Origin: Eledone cirrhosa
Lineage: Eukaryota
Direction: 5' to 3'
NCBI GenBank assembly: GCA_964016885.1
Contig: OZ024740.1
Location: 371,876,001-371,940,000 of the forward strand
DNA length: 64,000 bases
Below, piece after piece: positions 14,494 to 28,321 of the stretch. Numbering within the stretch: position 1 is the first letter of the stretch; each line of letters opens with the position of its first letter. The position numbers and the translations under genes were made by a program. Under the pieces are notes generated by a model that worked only from the letters and a program-made list of their open reading frames with translations, was not told the DNA's origin and made no database searches.

Positions 14494-14536
14494 ATGGTGC
14501 TGATGACAGCTAATAAGCTAGAAACTAGTTCATCGT
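14494..14536 (+). ncRNA. Type I hammerhead ribozyme motif
   Basis: ATGGTG-CTGATGA-cAGCT-aata-AGCTa-GAAAC-TA-GTT-CATCGT. Confidence 0.8.
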
Positions 14537-14740
14537 TCCTTTGTCAGTGTTGAACAAATAGGGCAACGATGGTTGCCGAACACTGTACGGCTAATAATTC
14601 TGGGTGTTTGTTTACAAACAAACCGAACATTATAATAAATGTTCGGTAAACCCATACGTACATATATATATGTGTGCATGTATGTATGTATATACATACT
14701 ACTGTACGTCTGTATACATATATGTATGTACGTATACATA

Positions 14741-15333
<593 letters not shown>

Positions 15334-15401
15334 AAATATATATATATATATATATGTATATAAAATTGCAAGTTTGAAGAATAGTTAGATAAAATAAAAT
15401 A

Positions 15402-15630
15402 TACCCAATTTTTCTTCTCCTAGTCCATAGAAATCAACTAAATAAATAATCATTTAAACGGAGCTAAGTTTAAAATGTAACATCGAAGAAATAACAGATA
15501 AATGTTACAGACTATCCCCCGCAAGGAACAGTCAGATAAAATTGACCCAGTCTTTCTTCTTAGCCCTTAGAAATTAACTAGAGAAATAATTAATTAAACG
15601 GAGCTAAGTCTAAAATGTAAATTTGAAGAA
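15402..15630. repeat. Diverged ~140-bp direct duplication
   Basis: ACCCA..TTTCTTCT..TAGAAAT.AACTA..TTAAACGGAGCTAAGT.TAAAATGTAA occurs at ~15403 and ~15546. Confidence 0.75.
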
Positions 15631-17221
15631 AAAATGCATATAAACTTTACCAAAATTCCTCTAGTCCCGACTATCGATAGTTCCGCTCGTACTTTGTGGA
15701 TATGTCCAATCCTGGTGTTATCCATGAGTTTTAGAGCTTATCAAGAGACTCCCTCAAGTTTGAACTAAAACTTATACAGTGATCGCCGCCACAAATGAAT
15801 TCAAAATGGGTAAGAATTATCACGTGGCCAACAGTCAAAGTAGAAGCTTGTGAATGGAAGGCCAGATGGCAGGTAGGCTGGCTGCTAGAAAGAGCAGTAA
15901 TATATGTATGTTCATTACAGGACTAGAACAGTTTCATTCGTATGAAATCAACAAGAAAGTATTGGTGGTTTCATAGCCCTTTAGAAGTCGTTTCTATTGG
16001 AAATAAAGATGCCTATACTCTACTACCATACTGAGTACCATTTTTAACCCCACGTTATATCCCCTATCCATAGGGGAACCACCCATGATTATATCATTAT
16101 ATATCTATATATATCATTTATGTTTTGTTGTTCACCACTGGATAGAACAGGTCATTCTGTTTAATTAATCATGATCTATGGTAAGAAAAGCACTCGACGT
16201 ACGCAATCCATCCATCGTTGATGTTGAATCCCGTGGCTGGTGAGGGAACCGAGTTAAATATTAGTTTGATTAAAATAACAAGAGTCCAGACTGGTGATGT
16301 TCCTTTAAAGTTTTATTCTTGTAAAAGCACTATATGTATTTCAATGGCCTTGTTAGGTTATCTGGCGACACTATCAGGTTCACATTGCAGAATTAGTTAA
16401 TCAATAAAGGAATTAAAGCAAACAACAAACAAAGAACAGAGAAAACGTAGAAAATATTTAATTCGCAGACGGCCTTCAAAATAATAGGTATTATTGTTGC
16501 TGCAGATCTTGTCCGATTAACAAGCTCATCAATGCAAAGCATTGTGGGTTTGGTAGGCGCGACCAGGATGGGTGTGGGGCTTGTTTGGTGGTGATATTAT
16601 AGATACTGCTATGCCGGAAAGTCCTCAGATGGTCAGTCGGTGATGTAACGTATAACAGATAATTATTAATAGCAGTAATGATGATACAATTGTGGGGGAT
16701 GGGTAAAAATGCAAGTATATAGTTGAAGTTAAAATTGAAGAAATAAAAATAAAATTTAATAAAATAAAATTTAATAAAATAAAATGAAATTAAAATTAAA
16801 ATTAAATTAAATCCTTAGCTAGTGATGGATCTTATGAGTCGCTCACTATTATATTCCATATGGAATATAATATAATTATATACTATAAGATAAAATATGA
16901 AAATATAGAAATATTATATTTTGGAGTATGTATGTCCCTGTGTAGTTATTATAATACAAGATAACTATATCGAATATTAGGGAGTGAGTGAATTTCATGA
17001 GGCGGGGGGTAATTAAATATGTAATTAATGGATGGTAAATAAGTGAAAGAGATAGTGAAATGTAATTTAGGAACGATATTAATTAATACCTCGTTGAAGC
17101 AATTGGAACTGGGACCCGACCGAGACATGTGGTACCACATATAAGGTATAAGATAACCTAAGCTATAAGAGAAAGCAAAAGTTCATTGCAATAAAATAAA
17201 ATGAAATGAGAAATAAAAATA

Positions 17222-17632
17222 ATAATTGTTTCTACTTTTGGCACAAGGCCAACAAAATAACCAGTGCATTACTGGTACTTTATTTTATCGACCCCGTAGG
17301 ATGAAAGGCAAAGTTAACCTCGGCGGGATTTGAACTCAGAATGGCAAGAGCCGTAACTCTATGCGCCAGAGCATGGTATCAGACCCTCTACCGATACTGC
17401 CAATCATAAAAATAATAATGATTTCTAGTATAGACACAAGGCAAGTAATTTGGGGAAGAGGAACATCGATTAAATCGAACCCAGTACGTTACTGGTGCTT
17501 ATTTTATCGACCCCATAAGGATGAAAGGTAAAATTAACCTCAGCGGAATTTGAACTCAGACTGCAAAGGTCCATAACTCTATGCTGCAAAGCATGGTGTC
17601 CGATTCTCTACCGATACTGCCAGTCCATCAAC
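17222..17632 (-). mobile_element. Two tandem SINE family 1 copies (short and long subtypes)
   Basis: SINE sequence twice. ATAAAAATAATAAT occurs at all three junctions. Confidence 0.9.
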
Positions 17633-18254
17633 CTAGAAATAAAAATAATAATGAAATAATATGTAATGCAGTAAGCTACAAAGGTAAAATCTCAGTCAGT
17701 ACAAGATATTGAAAGTCAAGTAGAATCAAACAATTCAGAAAGTCAGTCAGAAATCTTGTTGGTCCATATGGATATATGTAACAGTGTACGGTGTAGTCCG
17801 AGCTTTGAGGTAGACTAAGTTTCAGCAAGTAGCCTTTGTCAGGGTCTTCTCATCTTTGTCACGCCTACCAATCCCACAGTGCATTGCATTGACACGCTTG
17901 TTATTCGGAGATACATGTTATTCGGAGATCAAGCAAGTGATTATCTCGCAGATTTCTACATAGACTTTCAGGCCAGTACGTTCGGAGTGAGTTTCACAGG
18001 ATGAAATATTAACAAATCTTGAAACAGCACTGTCTGACATTCTCAGAACATACTGGCAACTCGGTATAATACTCATGGAGGAAAATAAAGAAAAATAAAT
18101 TTCATTTGTTTCGTTTCATTTCATTACGAACAACCATTTTTCTTCGGTAGCGAGACTACCTATATATTTATTGTATAGACGTCTTATATATGTTTATATG
18201 CTTTGATATACACCTGTCTTATGCTTAAACATTGTTTTTGTGTTATCAACAATA

Positions 18255-18293
<39 letters not shown>

Positions 18294-18348
18294 AATTTAT
18301 ATATATAGTTTTGCGAGGTTTTTTATATGAAATCGTGTGTCGAAACAA

Positions 18349-18656
18349 ATATTGTTATACTTGGGGAGGGTCATATTTGTGTAATAGTGCCAGAATTAAT
18401 AACAGAACACACTCACTGTTTGGTTGGTTTTCGCTTTTCGCTTCTGTATCTTTTATATCGGTAATCTAATTTATTCGATCTATATTGTATCTGTATTATT
18501 TTTGACCGTTGGTCAGTCAATGGCAACAGTGAGGACCGAATAAATTAGATTACCGATATAAAAGACACAGAAGCGAAAAGCGAAACCAACCAAACAGTGA
18601 GTGTGTTCTGTTATTAATTCTGGCAATATTACACAAATATGACCCTCCCCAAGTAT

Positions 18657-18664
<8 letters not shown>
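18349..18664. repeat. ~128-bp inverted repeat with ~60-bp spacer within a (TA)n cluster
   Basis: 18349-18477 is the near-perfect reverse complement of 18537-18664. Confidence 0.9.
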
Positions 18665-18733
<69 letters not shown>

Positions 18734-18840
18734 CAAGGAAAAGCATATAACGAAAACATTTAAAAATAAATTTCAAAAAATTCAGTCGGACTATACTTGT
18801 ATCCCTATGTGTATTATTTACATGCAGGAACACATACTTT

Positions 18841-18872
<32 letters not shown>

Positions 18873-18874
<2 letters not shown>

Positions 18875-19004
18875 AAAAAGGGATGAAATCGAAAATGCAA
18901 CTGAAGTCTTATTTTTTTTTTTAAATATATATATTTATTTGGTTCCTTTACCGGTTTCGCAGTTCTTCTGCTTTTCAAAAGGTGAGTTGAGATGGAGGGT
19001 CTGT

Positions 19005-19007
<3 letters not shown>
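18873..19007 (-). mobile_element. ~135-bp HHR-bearing mini-element (copy 2)
   Basis: Minus strand 18945-18982: CCTT-TTGAAAA-GCAG-aagaa-CTGC-GAAAC-CG-GTA-AAGG. (TA)n on both sides. Confidence 0.75.
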
Positions 19008-19074
<67 letters not shown>

Positions 19075-19077
<3 letters not shown>

Positions 19078-19441
19078 GATATTAACAAATGGAAACTATA
19101 TTTATAAAACCATATTTATTTCATTATGCATATTTCAAGGATACCAAGTTAAATTATGGTGTGCTTTCATCAGATAAAATATAATATAGATTAGTTTTAT
19201 AAATAAATATTGACATACCCTTAAAAAATGCAACCATTACTGTTGGAAGCTCCACTGTTCGGGAGCTTCCAACAGTAATGGTTGCATTTTTGAAGGGTAT
19301 GTCAATATTTATTTATAAAACTGATCTATATTATATTTTATCTGATAAAAGCACACCATCATTTCCCTTGGTGTCCTTGAAATATGTATAATGAAATAAA
19401 TATGGTTTTATAAATATAGTTTCCATTTGTTAATATCGTAT
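19075..19441. mobile_element. ~180-bp-arm palindrome with an HHR motif in each arm
   Basis: Arms 19075-19254 and 19262-19441. Minus strand 19121-19177: TTAT-CTGATGA-AAGCACACCA..TGGTATCCTT-GAAAT-ATGC-ATA-ATGA. The plus-strand copy at 19338-19394 has CTGATAA. Confidence 0.75.
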
Positions 19442-19544
19442 TTTTACTCCAAATATTTGTTGAGTGCTTTATATCAGTTATAAAAATATTTGCTTGTTGT
19501 ATCCCAACAATTTAAATAGAACTTTTACATATATATATATATAA

Positions 19545-19601
<57 letters not shown>

Positions 19602-19607
<6 letters not shown>

Positions 19608-19894
19608 AAGAATGAAGATTAACATGGTTGGTTGTACAATAAGGTCTTTATTTAAAGTACTGACAATTGTTTCGTTGATCATGTGGGTCTAGAGTTCGCC
19701 AATCGCTTGAGGTTGCATTATTCGATCTCCAATACATTATTCACCTCTGGTCAACACATCAGAGTACGTAGATTATAACGCAACCTCAAGCGATTAGGGA
19801 ACTCTAGACCCACATGATCAACGAAACAATTGTCAGTACTTTAAATAAAGCCCGTATTGTACAGCCAACCATGTTAATCTTCATTCTTTAACTA
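19602..19894. mobile_element. Inverted-repeat element with extended-stem-II HHR motif
   Basis: Arms 19602-19720 and 19775-19894. Minus strand 19657-19767: GTACT-CTGATGT-GTTGA..(~75 nt)..TCAAC-GAAAC-AATT-GTC-AGTAC. Confidence 0.7.
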
Positions 19895-20073
19895 TTATTA
19901 CTCCAAGTATAACCTGCATAGAAATTACCGCGAACTCGCTGCATAACTATGGACGCATCTTGTTGAATCATGAAAAGCCGTACGTTAAAACTATCCACGA
20001 TGCAGAGCAATCACAACCTCTAACTGGATTACCTATAACGATAGCTTGTTATCCCATATATATATATATATAC

Positions 20074-21264
20074 ATAGTAAAAGAAAACAAAGAGCGCTTA
20101 TAACATCAATCAATTTTCATGTGCTGACAGTGTTTCATCCATACCATGGGGCAGGGGCAGGACTCATCAGAGCGTTGAAAACAAAAATACAATAGTGAAG
20201 ATAAGCTCTACCGACCTACATCATAAGAACAATAGATATATGGTACAGGATCATAGGATAATAGGAAGAATGGAGATGTTACATAATAGGGTTGTTAGTC
20301 AAAGTAAGGAAAAATAAGGAAAAACAAAGAAAAATAAAGTAAAATGAAATAATCCCACAAGAGATAGATGCATGTGAAGGAATCAGTCGAGGTGATAAAG
20401 AAAAAAGAAAGAATACTCATAAATAATAAAAAAATAAATAAATAAAAAATATAATAATTAATTAAACAATAATTAAAAGATAACAAAAATATGATTAACT
20501 GTAATATTCGAGTGCACTGTGGCTCACCCTGTGAAACTATAGGGCATAAGACTCTTTGTCATGGGAAATCATCTGGCCTATATCTATTCGCCTGTACTAA
20601 TGCATGCTTTCTCTCCTTGCGTTTGTGTCCCCTCATATGCATCTATGGCTTCCCCACTCTCTTGTTAATTATTTTGTTAAATTTATATTTTTTTATTATT
20701 TTTTAAATTAATTTTTAATTTCTTTTTTAATCTTTTAATTTTCTTAATTTTAATTTTTTAAATTATTTTTTATTATTGTTAATTATTATTTAATTATTAT
20801 TTTTTTGTTAATTATTTTTTAATTTTTTAATTTTGTTTTTTAAATTATTTTTTTAATTATTGTTTAATTAATTATGATATTTTTAATTTTTTAATTTATT
20901 CTAAAATTATTTTTGAGTATTCTTTCTTCTTTTTTCTTTATCGCCTTGACTGATTCCTTTACATGCATCTATCTCTTGTGGGATTATTTCATTTTACTTT
21001 ATTTTTTCTTATTTTCCCTTATTTTTCCTTGTTTTTCCTTACTTTGACTAACAATCCTATTATGTATCATCTCCATTCTCCCTATTATCCTATGATCCTG
21101 TACCATATATCTATTGTTCTTATGATGTAGGTCGGAAGAGCTTATCTTCATTATTGTATTTTTGTTTTCAACGCTCTGATGAGTCCTGCCCGATGGTATG
21201 GATGAAACACTCAGCGAATAAAAATTGATTGATGTTATAAGCGCTCTTTGTTTTCTTTTACTAT
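20074..21264. mobile_element. ~400-bp-arm inverted-repeat element with an HHR motif in each arm
   Basis: 20074-20487 is inverted relative to ~20855-21264. Minus strand 20123-20173: GCT-CTGATGA-GTCC..GGAT-GAAAC-ACT-GTC-AGC. The plus-strand copy at 21172-21216 has a 2-nt deletion in stem III. Confidence 0.8.
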
Positions 21265-21590
21265 AACAGCTCTGTTTTCGTACATTGAGCTAACAAAATA
21301 CTGTCACAAGTAATACACTGTACGGGTGTGGTTTTTTACACAGACATTCTGCTACACGTCGTTTTGTCTTTGCGTGTAATTGTTTTCACTGATCCAAATA
21401 GTGACGTATTATCTTCGTTTTTTCCGTTCTTTGCCAGGGAAGGTTTCCACAAATCTGTCTTCCTTCGGTTGCAACGTTTTTTGAAATATTTACTTCTGCG
21501 TTTACAGATGGATTTTTTTATTTTCAGAAGATCCCGTTAAGGGTGAAAGCAGCGATTCTTTGCTTAAACTTTAATCTGTTATTTTAATAA

Positions 21591-21715
<125 letters not shown>

Positions 21716-21772
21716 GAGAGAGAGGGAGAGAGAGGAAATGAGAGAGAGAGAAAGAGACAGTAAGAAGAGATG

Positions 21773-21825
<53 letters not shown>

Positions 21826-22317
21826 ATGTATAGAAAAATATACGGGTTAATAAGCAAACATATGAAGGTTGGTGAAAAAGCTGTGTAAATCACCTAGTAA
21901 CAAACCACACAACGAACATTTAGCCATAAAAGTACATGTTGAATTTCTACTGTTATACAAATACAAAATTAGTGAGTAATAAAAAAAATATATATATAGG
22001 CACGTTATATAATATCCCGCACAATCGTATTATATTTCAAATAATACATATATAAATATATATATATAAATATATAGATGTTTGATTAATACCTACATGT
22101 ACTTTTTCACTTATCTACCTTTCTTCCATTTCCTTTCTCTCGGCCACCATCCCATTTCTTTGCTGTCTCTCTCTCACTCTATGTTCCAATGAAGAACTAG
22201 CGTCAGAAACGTCAAGGTCCCTTTCCTACTATATGAAGCGTTACCCCTATAAATATTTCATCGTTTTATTTATTGTTCCCCGTGATATTTTTCCTTGGTT
22301 TTTCTTATATATATTTT

Positions 22318-22800
22318 TTCTTCTTCGTCCACTTATTGATGGGCGACCTAGTCCTCAAAAGTCGTGAGGGTAGAGTCCTCAAATATTCCTTCTAGCAGGT
22401 CATGTCAGAGGAAATCGTCTCCAATCGATCAGGCTTGATTCCCAATCGATACCAGCGGAGTGCATGAATGTTATCCAAACATCTTGCTTGGGCTCTACTC
22501 CTGCTGTGGTGTGTTTGCCCGTAAATTCTGTCGAGTTCTTCTTTTCTGCGACATTCTAACTACATGGCTGTTGTATCGGAGCTGTGATCTCTCAATTCGG
22601 AGAAGTAGTGGCTCAGCCTGGAGCGACTCTCTGATCTCCCAGCTACTCCAAAGGCCCTTCGAACAGATTAGGTGACAGTACTCACCTTTGGTGGAATCCG
22701 ACACCCTCATTAAATTGTTTCGACTTAGCAACCTGTAACCGAACAGAAATACAAAGGGATTCGTATAGAAACATCGCAGCAACAAGAATCTGACCATGGA
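22318..22800 (-). mobile_element. RTE-clade LINE 3' fragment
   Basis: EIRESLQAEPLLLRIERSQLRYNSHVVRM, homologous to the 6840-6920 region of the 4860-7170 element. Short GAA tail. Confidence 0.75.
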
Positions 22801-22918
22801 TCCTATACTCATATAATATACATATACATATATATATACACATTTTGCAATACCTTTTGTATGACACGTTATGTATTGTAGTATTCAATGTAAGGGACTT
22901 TGTGAACGATAAAGAAAT

Positions 22919-22920
<2 letters not shown>

Positions 22921-22980
<60 letters not shown>

Positions 22981-22984
22981 TTAC
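22921..22984. repeat. (CTA)n microsatellite
   Basis: Direct reading. Confidence 0.98.
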
Positions 22985-23413
22985 TTGAATTTTTAGGCGG
23001 CGATATATCTTTCAATAAATGTCCCGGCATTCCATGCTTCTGCTTGATTTGCGCACTTATAACACAATTTAAAATTTAACCTACATCCTCCCTTCACACT
23101 ACTTTTCTTTATCTGGCACTTCACTTTATTATTATCATTATTATTTTTATCTCTATTCTTTCTATTTTCTTTTATTAACATATTTCTCTTAGTTTTTCCT
23201 TTATTTCTCTGGTATATTTTATCTTCATTTTGTTTTTCACTTGTAACCAATCACCGCCACTACTATCGGTGATTATCTCCCTCTCTTCAATTATTGGTTT
23301 TCTTTCTCCATCCTTTATTTCATTTATCTCTTTATCAATGTTATTTATTTATCTCTCGAACTCTTTTGATGCCTTTTTCTAACTCACATTCCGAGCCCCA
23401 AACTGTGAGACTT

Positions 23414-24261
23414 GTATGTATGTATGTATGTATGTATGTATGTATGTATGTATGTATGTATGTATGTATGTATGTATGTATGTATGCATGTATGTATGTA
23501 TGTATGTATGTATGTATGTATGTATGTATGTATGTATGTATGTATGTATTTATGTATGTACATATGTATGTTTGTATGTATGTATGTATTTATGTATGTA
23601 TGTTTGTATTTATGTATGTACGTATGTATGTATGTTGTATATATGTATGCATGATGTATGTATGTATGTATGCATCTATGTATTTTACGGTGTATATATG
23701 TATGTATGATGTATGTATATATGTACGTAAGTACGTACGTATGAAGAGAGGGAGAACGGGGGAGAAAAAGGATGGGGGAGGGAAATGGAAAGAGAGGGAG
23801 TGAGCGGAGTAAAAGGGGGGGGGGGAGAGATGGAGGCAGGGAAAAAGAGAGAGAGAGGGTGAAAGAGAGGGGGGGGGGAGTTAAAAGGTGAGATGCATCG
23901 CGAGGAGTGATAGTAAAGAAAAACTGTTGGTCGGGAAATAATAATGGACTATACATAATAAAAATGTACATGTGAACCCCGCCGTCTCACCCGGCTACGT
24001 ACACACTCACCAACACATTCACACATTTATCTAAACGTATTAGCACAGTGACTAATTAGGCCACTTTTATGCATGTATGTATTTGTGTGTGTATGTTTGT
24101 ATGTATGTATGTATGTATGTATGTGTTTGTGTGTGTGTGTGTGTGTGTGTTTGTATGTATATATGTGTATGTATGTATATATAGGCACATTTATATGCAT
24201 CTCTCTATATATTTATACAAACACACACATACATACATTTATATATATATGTATATATATG

Positions 24262-24294
<33 letters not shown>

Positions 24295-24433
24295 GCATAT
24301 ATATATATATATATATATATGCATATATATATGCATATATATATATATATGTATATATGTATATATATTAACTTTAGTCTTCACATTTATTATTACTGTA
24401 TATGTATATATATATATTTATATGTATATACCC

Positions 24434-24521
<88 letters not shown>

Positions 24522-24694
24522 ATATATTAATTTTAGTCTTCACATTTATTATTACTGTATATGTATATATATATATTTATATGTATATACTCATATACAT
24601 ATGTTTGTATATATATATATATGTGTGTGTGTGTGTCCGTATATATTTATATATATATACCCATACATGTATATATAATATATATATGTATAAT

Positions 24695-24776
<82 letters not shown>

Positions 24777-24818
24777 CATACATGTATATACAATATATAT
24801 ATGTATATTCATATCTAT

Positions 24819-24893
<75 letters not shown>

Positions 24894-24916
24894 TACACAC
24901 ACACATATATTTGGGC

Positions 24917-24981
<65 letters not shown>

Positions 24982-25010
24982 TATATACAAACATATATAT
25001 ATTTATATAC
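23414..25010. repeat. Compound (TATG)n/(TG)n/(TA)n field with an internal ~158-bp duplication
   Basis: Direct reading. TTTAGTCTTCACATTTATTATTACTG occurs at ~24373 and ~24532. Confidence 0.95.
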
Positions 25011-25347
25011 CAGGTAACTGAAGAGAGAATGGCAGAGACAGATATGGAGAGTGAGAAAGTCTGTAGTATATTAACCCCCCCCCCCACACACACACACTTA
25101 TTCTTGCTCCCGCCCTTTGTCTCTTTTGTATTTTTTCCCTACATTTTTCTCTCTATCTCCATTGCCTTTTTTTAAAATTTGAAAATTTAAAATAAAACTT
25201 TTAAACTTCTAATTTACATTTTATTTTTTTCGTCTTCAAGACTATATTGGATTAAAAAAAAAACACTATGTTAATTTATTTTTGCTGTATATTTCTCCTT
25301 GGTTTTCTTATTACTGCATTATATTTGGTATATTTGTATCGTTTTAC

Positions 25348-25384
25348 TGTTGTTTTTGTTGTTTTTGTTGTTGTTGTTGTTGTG

Positions 25385-25443
<59 letters not shown>

Positions 25444-25512
25444 CATCATCATTATTATTATTATTATTATTATTAATATTATTATTATAATCATTATTGC
25501 TATTATTGTTGT
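25348..25512. repeat. (TTG)n/(TTA)n microsatellite
   Basis: Direct reading. Confidence 0.97.
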
Positions 25513-27168
25513 TGGCTTTGGTTTTATATTATATTCAGTTGCATTCGATCTGTTTCTCTATTTGTTTTCTGTTTTTCTCATTACTATTCTTGCATTTTCC
25601 AATAAATTCTTCTTCTTTTTCGTCTTCTTCTAGAAAATTCAATTAAATATTCGTTAAGGTTTTCACCGACAAAATGAGAACCGCAAAACAAAACAAAACA
25701 AAAAGCAAACAAACAACTAATGAAAATAAAACAAAGCAGCAATAACGATTGCAAAGCAAAATTCAAAATCCCGTTCCCCTCATACAGACACAGTATTGCA
25801 AATGGATCTTACGTCACTTTCAACGATGACTGTCAATCTGTTCGATAAAATGCAATACATACTCATTTTTTTATATAGTCTACCTAGATAGAGTATTTCA
25901 CAGACAACTGTACTTTAATCCTAATCCACAAGAATATATGTGGGTCAAGACCGCCATTTAAAGTTAGTTCCATTTCTTCCAATATTCTCCATGCAACCCT
26001 CTTTGTGTCTTTATACTCCATTTAAATTCAAGAATTAGGACAACTTGAAATATGTTAGAAAACACTCGTTTACGATTCTGCATAGTGGAATTGAACCCGG
26101 TTTTCCATAATTAGAAAACGCGAACTTGTTAGCACTCCTCCGGTGTGCGTTATCTCTTTTGCTACGAAATACACGGAAACCCCACTTGGTTCTACGATAT
26201 AATACTATTTGTTTTAAGATGTTTATATTTCTCTAAAAGCTTTCCACCATTTTGTGTAACAACATTTGTTAAGTTATGCTGCAAGCAACAAATTGATAAT
26301 GAGAAAGTTCGTTATATTAGTAAATGCCTCAAGAGTCCTTATTATTCTCAAAATTATTCGAAAATTAGAGGCAATGACTTTCATAGAAAATATGGTAACA
26401 CAAGGGTTAAACAACAAGCACATACACGCACAACTACACGTGGATTAGCTTTTTTAGACTAGTTACAGTGACTGAATTTAATAAAACAAAAAAATCCTGA
26501 ATGAGATTTTGTGTCAGTTATTTTAAGTGAAGTGAAATTGGCAACAAATGAGATTCCAAATAGATTTGCAGTTTATATTTACGAGTAAATTAATTCTTGT
26601 ACTCGCCATGTGATACCGCCACAAGCATGCATAATGTCTAAACATACATACATACATACATACATACATACATACATACATACATACATACATACCTAAT
26701 TCATAGTCTACAAATGGCTGCGATAGCTGGCACCTTCAAAATGTTCAAAACATTCTTTCGATTCAAGGGATGACAATTTCTTTTCTTTTACAACCTTGCC
26801 ACCAGGAAGGTGGCCGGTCAAAAAAAAATATACTCGAAATTAAGAGAAAGAGATAACGTTCATACGTGTACATGCACATGCATACATGCAGATATATACA
26901 TATAGATATAAAAATACGCATGCACACATATATATCAATATACAGATGTATGCGTGGATGTGCACTTACATATAAATACATGCACTCATGCACACATACA
27001 TACTTGCATACACGTATACATATAAACATATGCCCATAGAGATATGTATAGTGGTATAGGTGAGTGTTTCGGTCATAAAAGTACAAGTGTGCTTTGGCGA
27101 TTGATTTTAACGGTATATGCGTGTTTTAAATCGTTAACAGAGATCTTCAAAATGTAATTGTTGCAATG

Positions 27169-27330
27169 TCATGAGGTAACCGTAATTCAGTTTAAACAAA
27201 TACAACTGAGAAATCCCTCGGCTCTCTCCCCCTCTCTCTCTATATATATATATATAAAGAGAAAGAGAGAGAGAGAGCCGAAGGATTTCTCAGTTGTATT
27301 TGTTTAAACTGAATTACGGTTACCTCATGA
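27169..27330. repeat. Palindrome centred on a (CT)n(TA)n(GA)n tract
   Basis: TCATGAGGTAACCGTAATTCAG...CTGAATTACGGTTACCTCATGA, with ~60-bp unique arms. Confidence 0.9.
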
Positions 27331-27844
27331 TATATATATATATATGTATATGTATCTATATATGTATATATATATATATATATGAATGTCATTTATTTTG
27401 TCTGACCTGTTTAGCTTGTCTTGTTTTTTTTGTTTAGGTGCTTCATGTTTAGGTGCTTCATGTTTAGGTGCTTTGTTTAGGTGCTTCTTGACCGCCTTCT
27501 CAGTTTTGTATGGCCTTTATAACCTATGTTTATTGCTCTGTTCTTTTTTAGCCAATGGAGCGCTTGCCAGCATGACTCGGAATTTGCGTTACGTTTCGCT
27601 TTTTCTACCCGCCGAAATGCGATTCTTGCTGAATTTATCATTATATATATATATATATATATATTCAGTAATTAGGAGTATTCCAAAGCTTGGTAGAACA
27701 AGTTGTGAGGAAAGTTCTCAACATACGTTAGGGTGACTCGACAGGTTGGTAGGGATTCAGTAGTGGAAACACGAACAAACGAGGAGTGTAATCAAAAAAG
27801 AGAAATAGGACGAAGGTAAACAGTTACAAAAGAATTTAATCCAC

Positions 27845-27939
27845 GTATTAACAATTGTTTCATCAGAATTTCAGTCCATTATTGCTACACTATATAGGCA
27901 ATCAAGAAAGATACTGTAGTATCCGAATTTTCAAAATAC
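27845..27939 (-). ncRNA. HHR motif of the PLE pLTR (U3-A8 variant, extended stem II)
   Basis: Minus strand: GTATT-TTGAAAA-tTCGGA..TCTGAt-GAAAC-AATT-GTT-AATAC. Confidence 0.65.
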
Positions 27940-28321
27940 AAAGTTGGAATGACCTTAGGAAATGAAATAAGGGGTAGTAGTGTAAGATAGAGGAACAGAG
28001 AGAGAGAGAGGGGCAAAAGAGAGGGAGAGAGAGAGAGAAAAGGGATGGAAGTAGAGAGAGAAAGAGAAAGAGATAGGGTGGTGTGAGAGGATTTGTATAG
28101 AATATAGTTAAGTTACAAGAAGGGAGGGGGAGAAGGGTTGTGTGCTTAAAGTTGTGATGAGTAGAGGGAGAGAGAAGGAAGATATAATTTTAAGTGGCAT
28201 TTGGTAGTGGACAGGCGAAAGACTTACCAGGGAATAGATGAAGGAAGAAAGTATTAAATTTCATATATAGTCTATTTTTAGGAGTGTGGAATTGTTATTT
28301 AGGGTAGAAAGAGAGGTAGTG

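Noticed and set aside
21328-21580. Coding-like unique stretch
   Set aside because: Short frames with stops and no motif; may simply be the 3' extension of the adjacent foldback element.
22184-22217. HHR-like CCAATGAAGA..GAAACGTC
   Set aside because: Core is degenerate and stems I and II do not pair convincingly; at best a decayed pLTR.
23294-25633. ORFs of YI/MYVC/poly-I type
   Set aside because: Translations of (TA)n, (TATG)n and (TTA)n microsatellites.
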